This document shows positions 1-64,000 of a stretch of DNA of 64,000 nt, in pieces (the first letter of the stretch is position 1; each line of letters opens with the position of its first letter). The stretch covers positions 71,176,001 through 71,240,000 of the forward strand of contig NC_043003.1 in NCBI RefSeq assembly GCF_006345805.1, written 5' to 3'. The DNA comes from Octopus sinensis (Eukaryota). The notes beneath the pieces are model-generated. The model was not told the origin of the DNA, made no database searches, and was given only the letters and a program-made list of their open reading frames with translations. Position numbers and translations under genes: made by a program.

Positions 1-247
1 TCAAGTGTGCTCAACTGAAACATACACACACATCATTCTTCCTCTTTATCTCTCACTATTCTACCCCATCTGTCTCTCTTGCTGTTGCAAAAATGCAGAT
101 ATCGAAACTTTATTAAATTAAAACAGGAAAAAAAAACAAATGGATAAATCGATTATAATTTATTTATGTTTAACTACATTACGCTTAGATAGGGGTTAAC
201 ATACTAAAATGTTTTTCTTTATATACACTTTTATTTTTAATCATCAG

Positions 248-64000
<63,753 letters not shown>

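Overview
AT-rich, microsatellite-dense animal genomic DNA. The SINE, RTE, Penelope and mariner content suggests an octopod cephalopod; this is inference from recalled repeat families, not a database result. The whole window is the interior of one + strand gene encoding a giant tandem-repeat protein, with no start or stop codon of the spliced frame in view. I read 79 exons (the last is cut by the window end), about 4,560 codons in total. Each exon is phase 1-1, usually 174 nt, and encodes one ~58-aa amphipathic helical module with consensus xxKSPDxLRxxLxxAxxxKDKxxLxxxIxECxxAGxPELxxDLxxARxxLxxLGGGxG. Two module classes alternate strictly: A (C-E-x-x-x-Y-P-E-L) and B (C-[VI]-A-[AS]-G-[FML]-P-E-L-D-x-D-I). 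Exons 1-27 (248-34283) are highly diverged but carry a cryptic four-exon super-repeat (B1-A1-B2-A2). From ~35.96 kb to the window end, one four-exon unit of ~2.23 kb, introns included, is amplified into 13 near-identical copies. Most donors are G|GTTAG, so read-through into the intron meets an in-frame stop after one Gly. Other items: a dead out-of-register pseudo-exon at ~22.1 kb, and intronic mariner, SINE, RTE, RLE-type LINE, Penelope and foldback remnants. Most entries in the ORF track are intron-extended exons or microsatellite artefacts. I cannot assign a gene name.
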